The translations under genes were made by a program, and so were the position numbers. Under the pieces are notes generated by a model. That model saw only the letters and a list, made by a program, of their open reading frames with translations, was not told where the DNA came from and ran no database searches. A stretch of DNA of 63,191 nucleotides, the filler included, from Octopus bimaculoides (lineage: Eukaryota): NCBI RefSeq assembly GCF_001194135.2. It is 6 parts of 6 records of this genome, joined end to end, with 100 filler letters (N's around TTAATTAATTAA, not from the genome) between each part and the next. Parts side by side here need not be neighbours in the genome. Positions count along the whole stretch, not along the records: positions 22,110 to 51,116 come from NC_068987.1; 5 more parts are not named here. One strand, written 5' to 3'. Below, piece after piece: positions 23,980-37,385 of this stretch (its first letter is position 1; each line of letters starts with the position of its first letter).

Positions 23980-24480
23980 TTGGGAGAGGGAGGTACAAGA
24001 CCGTGATGGATGTAGGAAGATAGTGCATGATGGCTGTTCAAGATTTGAGAGGGAGAGAGTGAAGTATGAGAGAATTAGGAGAGGGCTTAGAAAGAGGAAC
24101 CTGTTGAAAGTGAGAGACTGTTGCCTTTTTTGTGTGGTTTGTCGGAGGAGGCGTTTGAGTCGTGCAGGCCTGGTGAGCCCTCAAAATTCTCATAGAAATC
24201 GACCAATGATAAACAATGATGTGGTTATTAAAATTCATAACAGAACATATATATATGGTAGAGTGTGCCTCTCAGTTGGAGGTCTAAAAAGACATGTTAA
24301 AAGAGTGAATATGCTAGCACCTGTTTCTCCTGCCAGCCAGCACAGTTGTGCAGTATGTAATAAAATGTGTAAAAGCTTGGCCGGGCTTGAAAGTCATATA
24401 AGGGCATCACATGGCAACAATAATGAATCATTTCAGTAATTCTTCTTGGCAATGGCTTTTCTCGTATAACGAGGATACAG
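23975..24480 (+). mobile_element. RTE-clade LINE 3' end with tandem C2H2-like zinc fingers
   Basis: WEREVQDRDGCRKIV..FERER..LFCVVCRRRRLSRAGLVS..CLSVGGLKRHVK..CAVCNKMCKSLAGLESHIRASH. Confidence 0.8.
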
Positions 24481-24927
24481 CTGTGATGTATGTATGTATG
24501 TATGTATGTATGTATGTATGTATGTATGTATGCATGCATGTATGAATGTACGTATGTATATACGTATGTATGTACGTATGTATGTACGTATGTACGCACG
24601 TCTGTGTATGTACGTACGTATGTATGTATGTATGTATGTATGTATGTATGCATGTATGTGTGTATGTATGTACGTTTGTTATTCTCCATCATAAAATAAC
24701 AATACCTATATTTTTTTCTTTTAAATTAATTTTAGCGAATATCTACTGCTGTAAATTCTACGAAATTACATCGATATTTAGCTTTAAAAATTAAAGATTC
24801 CTCATTAAATCAATGATTTAAGTGCATCAAATCTCTACTAACACAACATATATTCCTTTTCATAATATGTATACACATAATTACATACATTATATATACA
24901 AATGTGTGTGTGTTCGCGCGCGTGCGA

Positions 24928-24971
<44 letters not shown>

Positions 24972-25844
24972 TTATACACATATATTATTGTTTTTCAGGA
25001 GGGTCATACTCTTTTAGTACCTTCTTACTTAACACACTCACCGGCTCCATTTCCACTCATTTACTTATTTATTTTTTCTAACATTGTCGTTGCGTCTTCA
25101 CTCTGTCTCTTATCAAAGGTGCGTTTTTGTTTTGTTTGATTGTTTAAGCGTCTGTGTGTGCGCTAGTGCGCATGAGTACAAACATATGTATGCATGTATG
25201 TATGTATGTATGTATGTGTATGCATTAGTGTGTGTAGGCATATATATATATCTATGCATGTGTATACGTTTTTATGTATGTATTATGCATATTCACGTGG
25301 TTGTGTGTTCATGTTTGTGTGCTTGTATATGTGCTTGTGTATCTATGTATATATATATATGCGTCTGTTATGTTAGGATGTATCTCCATATGTGCGTGTG
25401 AAGTGTGTGTGTGTTTATATAACCATGTGTTTCAGTCTTCATTTGCCTATGTGTGTGTGTATGTGAGTGTGTGTATGTGAGTGTGTATGTTGGCTTCTCT
25501 GTGCGTATTACCTATGTAACTACCTATCTATTTACTTACATATCCATTTGCCTACATATGTTTTCCATTTACTTCCTTCATTGTTCGCCAAAAATGAGTA
25601 TTTCGTATTCCATATTTCCGTATTTTTTGTTGTTTACATTCGTAACGTCCTGAGCCCAAATATACATATGTATATACGTATATATGTAAGTATGTACATA
25701 TACGTATGTATATACGCACATATATATTATTTATATTATATTATATTATATATATATATATATATATATATTTGTTTGTGTGTGTGTGTGTGCATATGTG
25801 TATGTGTATATATATATATGTATGTGTGTGTATGTGTATGTATG

Positions 25845-25926
<82 letters not shown>

Positions 25927-25927
<1 letters not shown>

Positions 25928-26147
25928 GTATCACTAACATTATGAAGAATAATGTTAATTATAGAGCGGCTAGCATGTTTAGACACTTATAGGTAAAATA
26001 TAAATAAAATACAGAAAGGAATTGAAATATCGCTTGCTATGACAAGAGCTATTGCTTTAAACCTCAGTTTTATTGTATTTATATATTTACCTATAAATGT
26101 CTAAACTTACTAGCCATTCTATTATTCTTAATAATGTTAGTGATACT
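25927..26147. repeat. Imperfect inverted repeat (foldback/MITE-like), arms about 80 bp
   Basis: AGTATCACTAACATTAT..GGCTAG..TTTAGACA.TTATAGGTAAA (25927-26010) is the reverse complement of 26068-26147. Confidence 0.85.
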
Positions 26148-26559
26148 TATCTATTTAAATTTAAATTTATTAATAACGCACGTTATGCTCGGCTTTTGAA
26201 CGACGCGGGGGCATTCGAATGTAAGAAAACACTGTCATGCGATGAATATTTCAGAAATAGTTGATTATGTATTGTGTCCAGTTGACGAGCTTAAGTATGT
26301 TTTACATACTCAAATTGAAATCTTTGGATCCTGGAATATACACATTCTTACTTATGTATTCCATTCTTACTTATGTATTCGACTTGTATATATATATATA
26401 TAAACTGTGTGTATTGCGGGTATGACTACCTTCTACGTATATTTCCTATTTAATACTAGGGATGTTTCATTTATGAGGACGTACACCTGTATTTGTCTGA
26501 ACGTTGACTTCTTCGGGTGCTTGGATAAAATGCGGAGGAAAGTTGACCCTGTGTGCCTC

Positions 26560-27400
26560 CTTGTTGGTTTTTAGCATGTTGGAAGATTGTGGAGGACTGT
26601 TTTTTTTTGTTTTTTTTTCGTCGTCATATTGTCTGAAATGATCATTTAGTCTCTCCGCAATGCTTCTAGATGTCTGACCTCTGGATATCATGTTCTTATC
26701 TTTACAAGCAAATTCTATGCATCTTATGCTGTAGACTAAATTTCTAGATCTACAGTTAATGTCAGGGTTAATATTACATATCTTGCAGTTATCATTGATG
26801 CATGTGGTATTCTCAAAGGTGTAGGTCCTCCATAATTGTGATCTGATGGAACTCCCTGGCTTTGCGTTCGGACTCCTTCAGAGCTTCTTTGAATCTTTGG
26901 ACTAATTCGCCATCAGCTGTGGTCTCTACAAACATCTGTCCTTGAAATTTATCGGTTTGTATCACGTGTTCACCCGCTTTGCTTTGTCACAAGCTCTTTG
27001 TTTCATATTGCAGTTTTACTTTTATATCTGGGGTGGGTACTACTGGTTTCATTACATATAATGCTATCTAACTTCACTCTGGCTCTCCTGTACATCTGAA
27101 CCTTGTCTTTCTGATGATATCCAGAGAATCGCATGCACTACATGAAGTTCTGTACACGTCTCTAGGGTTTGCATAGTGGGGACACATTGTTCATTATCCT
27201 AACTAAGTCTGCTACCATACGTTGATATTCATGCTGTGTGACAAAGCTGAGTTCTTGTGAGCAACATATTTAGAAGTCCTGCGTCTCATTTAATAGGAGT
27301 GGAGGAGCTGCATTCTGTTGTTCACAGTATCTAACCAAATTCAGTATCGAGGACAAGGAGTCTATTGTAAGGGTACTTAGTGGGGGTAATCTCTAGCTAC
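26560..27400 (-). mobile_element. Third PLE remnant with a Cys-rich zinc-finger-type GIY-YIG domain
   Basis: Manual minus-strand translation: LLVLD..SKYVAHKNSALS..VADLVRIMNNVS..MRFSGY..; MFVETTADGELVQRFKEAL; CINDNCKICN..CRSRNLVYSIRC..C..GQTSRSIAERLNDH. Confidence 0.8.
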
Positions 27401-28926
27401 ATTGGTGGATGGAGTTATGGAGTTAGTTACGTGGTGGATACCCTCCATTATTCTCCTCTCGGTTTATTATTCTTCATAAAGTTTGTCGTAACTAGAATAC
27501 TTACGTCATTTGCACATGTCAGAATACCGAATGATACCTTTTAGTGATCATATTGAAAAATGCGCAAAACAAATGCTACCACAATTTATAATGTTTCCTT
27601 TTTATCAATGTGCCATTAAAACACCAACACAGATTAGATTAAACAAGGAAACCTTTTTCATTCAAAAATACAAACCCACACTTAACCATTGCTAACACAT
27701 TTAAATAAGGAAATTCATCACCCCACTGGGAAAAAAAAGGGGGGGGGAAATATAGAACAAAACCATGGTAAATTAATCAAATTCTACCACCTCTTAGATT
27801 TCTATTATCTCCCCTATACCGGAAGAAATCCCTAATTACCTCCCCCTATCTAGAACTCTTCTTTCTCAGACTGGAACGAACACGACACAATGAAGTAGAG
27901 AAATTTGAAAAGACAACACGAAACCGGTTATTTCTCAAAATACAATGTTTATATACCAAAAAGATTTTATAGCATTTTTCTAACATTGTTCTTACATTTT
28001 TCGGACATAATTTAAATATATACTTTAACCATGTAACACAAGCCTTCTGTAGTTTTTTCACTCTTATTATCTTTTATATATATATATATATATTTGTGTG
28101 TGTGTGTATGTGTGTGTGTGTGTGTATGTGTGTGTGTGTGTATGTATGGATGCATACATATACACACGTGTGTGTGTATGTTTAGTGGAGATGTTCTGGA
28201 TGTGTATATGTGTGTGTCTATGTGTTTTTATGTGCAATCAGGCATCTGTAATAGTTGTTGGAGATATATGTAACGATGGATAAAAGAGATCGACAGATCT
28301 CATAAAAGACGGAAAAAGAAAAGTAAACTTAACAATGCACAAAAAATACATGCATTAGAAATTCGATACGTATTTTCCTCTTAAGCACATTTTATACAAT
28401 ATCCAATAGATTTGGAAACAGATTAACGTTATCAGATACCGACACACGATGCTCTACATATACGGTTGAATTAGGCTTTGTGCCATATATTTTCTTATAA
28501 CTAGGCTTTTTGTTTCTGTTTGCTCTGTGTACTGTCTTGCTTATAACGCAACGAGAGAACAGAGACAAACCGTAGATAAAGAAAACTCTACATCCTTCAT
28601 TCAACGGGCGCAATGCGGTATGTGATACAGAGAAGACACAAGAAAGAAATAAGGAGAAAAAAATACTAGATATCTTTGATCCTATCAATTTCGTTAGTTT
28701 GAATTGTAAATATGAAAGAAAAATCAATTGATAACGTTGGTAATTATCGAAATGTTCCTGTGTACATCGAAACGCATTTAGTTGTAAAATTCAATAATTT
28801 GGTATTGACTAAAATTTGCAGGTAATACTTTCACAAAGAGGCGTTTGTCAAATATTTTATAATCACTGAATATTTCTGTCTTTCTCTCTTTCTCGCTCTC
28901 TTTCTCTCTTTATAGACACACACACA

Positions 28927-28995
<69 letters not shown>

Positions 28996-29559
28996 TTATG
29001 TATCTATGTAGACATACACTAACGCAAAGAATTGTTTATATATAGATTTTAATGTACACTGACAGAGGGAAATGTCAGGGAAAGGAAGACAGTGTGTGAG
29101 GAAGGGAGGTGTGATAAACAGTCAAAAAAGTAGATACATACATATGTATATTTATATATATTAGTTATATACATGTTTCTACGTGCGCGCGCGCGAGTGT
29201 CTGTGTGATGTATGCGCATCAATAATTACAGACATAGGAATAAGCACATGCAGTGAAATTGTGTACGTGAGGTAGAAAAACCGACACAGATATTTATATG
29301 TACCAGAAACTTATTGATAGATATATATATATATATGTTTGCACGTAATTTTAATATAGATAAGATCGTTGGAAGAATCCTCACAGCTTTCTTTTCACAA
29401 TACATTTAATATTTTTCATTACTTAGCAACTGCTAACTCAAGTGTCATGAATCCAATTCTCTCGGGCACTTTTTTCTCGTATATCAATCGCCATTGAGCC
29501 AGTGCTCAAGAAAACTTTGATAAAAAATATTAATTTTTGTCTTGATATTAGTATTGTTT

Positions 29560-29903
29560 TCTCTTGGAAGCTTGCTTCCTAGCCTCATGCTTCTAGGTTC
29601 AGTCCCAGTGCGTGACACATTGAACAAGTGTCTCATCTACTATAACGAGGGACCAATCAAAGCCTTGTGAATGGATTTAGTATGCGGAAACGGAAAGGCG
29701 CTCGCCATATACATATATATATATATANNNNNNNNNNNNNNNNNNNNNNNNNNNNNNNNNNNNNNNNNNNNNNNNNNNNNNNNNNNNNNNNNNNNNNNNN
29801 NNNNNNNNNNNNNNNNNNNNNNNNNNNNNNNNNNNNNNNNNNNNNNNNNNNNNNNNNNNNNNNNNNNNNNNNNNNNNNNNNNNNNNNNNNNNNNNNNNNN
29901 NNN

Positions 29904-29964
<61 letters not shown>

Positions 29965-30200
29965 TGTGTGTGTGTGTGTGTGTATCTGTGTCTGTTTGCT
30001 CTCCATTCGCCACTTGACAACTGATGTTCGTGTGTTTACGTCCCCATAACTTAGTGGTTCAGTGAAAGACGCCTATAGGATAAACTCCAGGCTTTACAAA
30101 GAATGATAAGTACTAGGCCGATTCGTTCATTTCGAAGTTCTTCAATGTGATTCCCCAGCAAGGCCATAGTCTATTGACTGCAACAAGCAAATGATTAAAG
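29560..30200 (+). mobile_element. tRNA-derived SINE family A with expanded internal microsatellite/gap
   Basis: Head GGTTCAGTCCCAGTGCG, GCCTTGTGAATGGATTT, and the 3' half ending GACTGCAACAAG. Confidence 0.8.
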
Positions 30201-31096
30201 ATATCTGTAGAATATTGAACAAACTTGACAGGTGAATCTACAGGAAAAACGGTTCGCCGACGTTTCCTTTCATCCGTGTTCGCTTGGATGTGGCAATTCC
30301 TGTTTACATTGCAATGTCATAGGATTTTTCGATGGAGCTCTCTCACTCGCACAATTTACCAACGCTATTGTCTCTCTACATTTGCATACGTCCGCATATT
30401 CTTTGGCCGTATAAATCAATGACGTAAGACGTCAATTCCTATGAAGTTAATAGGTTTCAGTTCGCTCAAACTTGCATCCCTCAGCCACAACAATATTCCC
30501 AGAAGACCCTTGGCGTTAAATTTGAACTGACATTGGAAAATATTGTACAATGAGATCATACGGACCTTGAATCATTTGTTCCATATATATATACGCACAC
30601 ACACACATACATAAACAAGCACTCACAAAATACCATGAGAGGGAAGTGCACAAGTCTATCGCGTGGGAAGTACATATTCCGGTTATTAAATGTCAAAAAC
30701 CACATCTAAATCTTTATAAATATTTTTTCCATTCCATATAACTTGGAAAATAAACATTTCTGCTGTGATATACGATTTGATATTAACTAGAATGAAATTA
30801 AAATTCTGTCGATTTTGTCGATATTGAAGTTTATTTAATACCTTATATAACTCTATGAATTATGGAATCGCCATTTTGACAGACCCCCTATAGGAAAAAG
30901 TATCATCACATATTTTATGGTAGTTATTTGCAGATGAACATGATGGATGCCAGAATATAAATTTCCGTATATTTAAAGCATACAAATATACGAAGTGAAG
31001 ACAAAATCTATGAATATTCACACCATCATACATATTTATCAATTCAAATATACATACTCCCATACAAGAAATCCATACAGTTATATATATATTGTT

Positions 31097-31367
31097 ATTA
31101 TAATCAGGGGTATCCAATAGATACCACTATGCTAGATATAGCAGCCAAAACTTGACTCTAAAACCACATTAAATGTTCTTACAGCACAAGGAGAAAAGAC
31201 AAAGAGACAAAATAAACTAGCTAAAAATTATTGGAATTATGGAATTATCCAACAAGTTTATTTTTTAAAAATTTATTTTGTGTCTTTTTCTTCTCACCTG
31301 GTGCTGTATGAACATTTGATGTGGTTTTAGAGTCAAGTGGTGGTATCTTTTGGATACCCTTAATTAT
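31097..31367. repeat. Foldback/MITE-like long inverted repeat, arms about 100-120 bp
   Basis: GGGTATCCAA.AGATACCAC..ACTTGACTCTAAAACCACAT.AAATGTTC.TACAGCAC in 31097-31216 is the reverse complement of 31272-31367. The left arm has a roughly 20 bp insertion. Confidence 0.9.
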
Positions 31368-32229
31368 AAATTGTATAATAATTATTACTTATGAGGTAAT
31401 AATTCCCATGCTAGCCACCTGATATGATCGGTATTTTAAATAACGACCTTATCCTTATTTATATAAATATATATANNNNNNNNNNNNNNNNNNNNNNNNN
31501 NNNNNNNNNNNNNNNNNNNNNNNNNNNNNNNNNNNNNNNNNNNNNNNNNNNNNNNNNNNNNNNNNNNNNNNNNNNNNNNNNNNNNNNNNNNNNNNNNNNN
31601 NNNNNNNNNNNNNNNNNNNNNNNNNNNNNNNNNNNNNNNNNNNNNNNNNNNNNNNNNNNNNNNNNNNNNNNNNNNNNNNNNNNNNNNNNNNNNNNNNNNN
31701 NNNNNNNNNNNNNATATATATATATATATATACAACACATATATACATATAATATATATATATATTATATACATGTATGTATGTATAAGGCAATTATATG
31801 TATGCCTGTATGTATATATGAATGTGCGTGACTGTGTATGTTCACCTGAATGCGAAAGCATTTGTTTTGGCTTTCAGAAAACCAAAAGTTTGTATAACAC
31901 ACGCAGACTTTCTGACATACTTATTGCTAAACACATAAGCATATATGCCCATCTCCCTTCACGTACGTCTGTTACAAGATGTGGTAGTGCGTGTGACATC
32001 GTGGGAGCACGTGTGAGTGTGTGATTCTCTATGTAAACAACAGATTCTCGAATATATGTATCCTGCACTACTCGTCCTAACGTTATTTGAAATGATCATT
32101 ATTTATGTTAAGTAAAGCGGAAGGTTTAAAGCCAAGAATTGTCAATAAGACCTTATACGTCGCTTCAAGATTATTCGAGCAATCTCGTGTATGAATGTCT
32201 GTGTGTGTATATACATATATATATATCTA

Positions 32230-32292
<63 letters not shown>

Positions 32293-33226
32293 ATATATAT
32301 ATATATANNNNNNNNNNNNNNNNNNNNNNNNNNNNNNNNNNNNNNNNNNNNNNNNNNNNNNNNNNNNNNNNNNNNNNNNNNNNNNNNNNNNNNNNNNNNN
32401 NNNNNNNNNNNNNNNNNNNNNNNNNNNNNNNNNNNNNNNNNNNNNNNNNNNNNNNNNNNNNNNNNNNNNNNNNNNNNNNNNNNNNNNNNNNNNNNNNNNN
32501 NNNNNNNNNNNNNNNNNNNNNNNNNNNNNNNNNNNNNNNNNNNNNNNNNNNNNNNNNNNNNNNNNNNNNNNNNNNNNNNNNNNNNNNNNNNNNNNNNNNN
32601 NNNNNNNNNNNNNNNNNNNNNNNNNNNNNNNNNNNNNNNNNNNNNNNNNNNNNNNNNNNNNNNNNNNNNNNNNNNNNNNNNNNNNNNNNNNNNNNNNNNN
32701 NNNNNNNNNNNNNNNNNNNNNNNNNNNNNNNNNNNNNNNNNNNNNNNNNNNNNNNNNNNNNNNNNNNNNNNNNNNNNNNNNNNNNNNNNNNNNNNNNNNN
32801 NNNNNNNNNNNNNNNNNNNNNNNNNNNNNNNNNNNNNNNNNNNNNNNNNNNNNNNNNNNNNNNNNNNNNNNNNNNNNNNNNNNNNNNNNNNNNNNNNNNN
32901 NNNNNNNNNNNNNNNNNNNNNNNNNNNNNNNNNNNNNNNNNNNNNNNNNNNNNNNNNNNNNNNNNNNNNNNNNNNNNNNNNNNNNNNNNNNNNNNNNNNN
33001 NNNNNNNNNNNNNNNNNNNNNNNNNNNNNNNNNNNNNNNNNNNNNNNNNNNNNNNNNNNNNNNNNNNNNNNNNNNNNNNNNNNNNNNNNNNNNNNNNNNN
33101 NNNNNNNNNNNNNNNNNNNNNNNNNNNNNNNNNNNNNNNNNNNNNNNNNNNNNNNNNNNNNNNNNNNNNNNNNNNNNNNNNNNNNNNNNNNNNNNNNNNN
33201 NNNNNNNNNNNNNNNNNNNNNNNNNN

Positions 33227-33260
<34 letters not shown>

Positions 33261-33809
33261 TATCATAAAACCACTCATATAATCATATATACATACATAA
33301 ATACATAAATATATACATACATGCTTACGTACATACATAGAAGCATACATGCATATATGAACGTGTCTACATAGAAGCTTCGAAGAAAATAACGAATTGA
33401 ATTTTTATTAGCTGTCTTCATTTCAGTCTCGTTTATACTTGGGGGCTTTTTAAGTGTGTGTGTCTGTGTGTCAGTCTCTGTGTGTAGGTGCATGTGTAGG
33501 TGCATGTGTAGGTGCATGTGTAGGTGCGCGCGCGCGTGTATGTTTAACTCAGTGTTTGATTTATCTTCATTCCCAAATATAATATCATAGAATGAAAGTT
33601 TCCGAGTGCAAAGGTGTACAACTTGCAATGGCTCCGTTTATTAATTCAATAAAAGTTATGTCGACTTCTCTGAATGCAAATCATGTTGTTTCAGGACAAT
33701 TAAAATAGAACATGTATCGTTAGATCTACGACTGATACTTCGACTCCGGTTCAAAGTATCTGGTAATTCATTACTATATGAAAATAAACACACATACACG
33801 CGCATACAT

Positions 33810-33974
33810 AGGCGAAGGAGTGGCTGTGTGATAAGTAGCTTGCTTACCAACCACATGGTTCCGGGTTCAGTTCCACCGCGTGGCACCTTGGGCATGTGTC
33901 TTCTACTATAGTCTCGGCCCGACCAAAGCCTTGTGAGTGGATTTGGTAGACGGAAACTGAAAGAAATCCGTCGC

Positions 33975-34010
<36 letters not shown>

Positions 34011-34190
34011 ATGTGTGTGTGTGTGTATGTGTGTGCGTGCGTGTGTGTGTGTGTGTGTGTCAACATCGCTTGACCACTGATGCAGATGTGTTTACGTCCC
34101 TGTAACTTAGTGTTTTGGCAATAAGAGCGATAGAATAAATACTAGGCTTACAAAGAATAAGTCCTGGGGTTGATTTGTTCGACTAAATGC
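33810..34190 (+). mobile_element. Near full-length tRNA-derived SINE family A
   Basis: Box A-like GTGGCTGTGTGAT, box B-like GGGTTCAGTTCC, an internal (GT)n, and the family A 3' half. Confidence 0.9.
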
Positions 34191-35029
34191 ACTTTGAAAG
34201 CAAGAGTTCATAAAAACAAATTCGATTTTGTCTGCAGATTTTATTAAATTTAAAAATAGAGATTAGAAATTTTATTTAAAAAACGAAATTTATAATTAAT
34301 TCTGTCTTTATAATCATTTAATGCGTGAATACATTTTTGGAACATTCTGTACGTGTCCGTCATGAAAACATGAAATATAGATTCGTGTTGCGTTATCCGA
34401 CGGGGATAATCTAGAATGGGAACCCTTTTATTTCACCTCACCATAGCGCTTTGCCATCAGTATCCGTGAGCAGCATTTGGAATGCAGGGAGTTTTTTTTA
34501 TATGTCCTTGGTGTAATTACTGGGAATTGCTACTTCACGATAGAGAATCGCTTCTAAGTTTATTGTTCTTATGCTGAGAAATTATTATCAAACAGCGCAA
34601 AGAACATATACATATTTCTGAATAATTCTTTTATATTTCCATTTTTCTTTGCTATTTATGCATAGTAATTTCGTCTTCTTTTCATTCTCTTCAGCACGAC
34701 ATAATTAGAAATTTTAAAATAAGTTAATATATATTCATCTAAAGTTAAAAATCGATATTTGTGGGGGATGTAGAGATGGAGCTAGGACAATGAAAACCAC
34801 TTACATTATTTTAAATATCTTCATATTTTTTAATAATTCCAGTACAAATTCGCCTTGTGTAATGAATCTTTGTATTGTTACAGTAAAGCTTCTCCCAACG
34901 GACACATACACAAGCCCACGTAGTCCTTCCCGAGTGAAAATAAGGAATTTCTGCCCCTAACTATACATTGGATGAAGCGGGATAGTTTACAGCACCACAC
35001 AACAACACCAATGTAAGGGCCTACCTTGA

Positions 35030-35330
35030 GATTATGCAACACATTGTGATGGGACAAAGAGAAGAGGTTCAGTACAATATTCACCTCATGCACAAGATTT
35101 CATACGAGTACAATTTTTTATGGGAATACTTAAGGATTAAGTTTGCGGTAGAAAAACTGCAAGATGTAGACGAATTTAAGGCAACCACTGAACGAAAATT
35201 CGTACAATTACCGAAACAATATCATTCTTGATGTTTGCTATAGTACTCCTTAATGTTGTTGGCAACACCTGGACCAGAAACGTCACTTCTATGAAAACAA
35301 GCGTCCATAAAAAACATAGATCGTCTGTAC
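35030..35330 (+). mobile_element. Tc1/mariner transposase C-terminal fragment
   Basis: NFLWEYLRIKFAVEKLQDVDEFKATTERKF resembles the post-catalytic (D)FFLWGYLK.KV...ELK motif. Confidence 0.45.
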
Positions 35331-35495
35331 ATTGTATTGTATTTGGAAAATGAAATATATATTCATTTACATTTTTTAATCATTGATATAATGATATAAT
35401 ATCTTTATAATCACTTCAATATGTAAATGCATTTGGTGACAATCTTTGCATACACACATACACACACATACATGCACACATACACACAGACAAAC

Positions 35496-35550
<55 letters not shown>

Positions 35551-35835
35551 CGTGTGTGTGTGTGTGTGTGTGTGGTTGTAAATGGATAATAAAACGAATG
35601 GTTTACACTCTGTAGCTTACCGGTAAAGCACGGTCACTTTCACAGTAATCGTTAGGTATATGGCAAATTAAAGACGGCTGGTCCTGAACCAGTTTTTGGA
35701 TGTCCCACCCACGAGGAATTGATGTTAGATGTTTCGAAACAATTGACGTAATTAATAATAAATTCCCGAATATTCCATCTTCCGTCTTTCATTTGTCATA
35801 TATACATACATATATACATACATACATATATATAT

Positions 35836-35866
<31 letters not shown>

Positions 35867-37194
35867 CATATATACATATATATAGATGTGTGTATTTTCC
35901 CTTCTTAACAATTAGTACGGAAAAACAGATAAATAGTTACCAGGGTAGCAACAAATCTCACAGGTAAAAAAGGTGTGTGTGTGTGTGCATGTGTGTATGC
36001 ATTATACATTTAAATAAATATACATGCGTATATTATTAGTTCTCCATAATTAAGATATTTTACCAATGCAATTTCAGATAATCATCGGAGAGAGAAAGAG
36101 GCACAGTCGATTATATCGCTCGAAATGAATCGCTACGTTTGCAATAATCAGATGTGTTGCTATGAAATAATATGTATGTAGGAGGGCGGGGAATCAGAGT
36201 TTTAACTTCTTTTAAATAACCTTGACATTCAAACTGTAAACTTGCTAGTTAATTTTCACTTTAGTTCCCGTTCATACTAATGGGTATTTTGGTGGTTTTT
36301 CTTTAATTTCTAAATTGAATTCAGCGAAATTTGCGAGAAAACCAAATGTGTTCTGAAGAAGTAATGATATTAGAGATTTTTATCTTAGTGTCTGAGACAG
36401 ACCACTCACAATAATTATGTTGAGATTAATGGTGTTTGATTATGGGTGTATTGCGTAGAAGAGTAACGCACTTATTGATACTTGAAAGTATTTTCAAGAC
36501 AAAAAAAGAAATAAAGAAAAATATTATGTAATCGGTTTTCAACTTCTTTCCCAAGTTTAATACGATCGTATTTTGAATGATAATGATTTTAGACTGCCCT
36601 ACAAGATATTTACAATATAAGAAGTATATCATATTAAAACTGGAAAGTTTGTGGTGGTTAAATAATGAAATATTATACTGTGAAGATCTCTAGTGATTAG
36701 CTATGTTTCGATGCTGTACGGTGAAATCGGAAGCTAAGGATGTGTATTTCTGTACGGGGGAAATAGATATAGTAGCTGATGGGTCTTTGGTTAGAGGTGA
36801 GAATGTATAATACAGTTGGTGGGCGAAATATATCAATCGAGTGTTGTACGTAGATACTGCGTTGAAACACACACACACAAATATATATGTCTGTGTGTGT
36901 GTGTAAATATGTGTATATATATATATATATATCTATAGGCACACACGGACAGACGCACAGACACGTATGTATATATATNNNNNNNNNNNNNNNNNNNNNN
37001 NNNNNNNNNNNNNNNNNNNNNNNNNNNNNNNNNNNNNNNNNNNNNNNNNNNNNNNNNNNNNNNNNNNNNNNNNNNNNNNNNNNNNNNNNNNNNNNNNNNN
37101 NNNNNNNNNNNNNNNNTATATATATATATATATATATATATATGTTTGTGTGTGTATGTGTGTATGTGTGTGAGTGTTTGTGTGTGTGCCTGTG

Positions 37195-37385
37195 TTTGAG
37201 CCGTACCGTCGCTTGACAACCGATATTGGTGTGTTTACGTCTCTGCAAACTTAGCTGTTCGCCAAACAAGACCGAGAGAATAACTACTAGGCTTACAAAG
37301 AATAATTCCTGAGGCCAATTTGTTCGACTAAAGGCTGTGCTCCAGCGTGGTCGCAGTCAAATGACTGAAACAAGTAAAGGAATAC
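37195..37385 (+). mobile_element. SINE family A 3' half
   Basis: CGCTTGACAACCGAT..GGCTTACAAAGAATAA..CAGTCAAATGACTGAAACAAGTAAA. Confidence 0.85.

Noticed and set aside
24297-25992. Many ORFs of the MYVCMYV, HTHT, YIYI, ERER type (here and throughout, including N-spanning ORFs)
   Set aside because: These are translations of microsatellites or assembly gaps.
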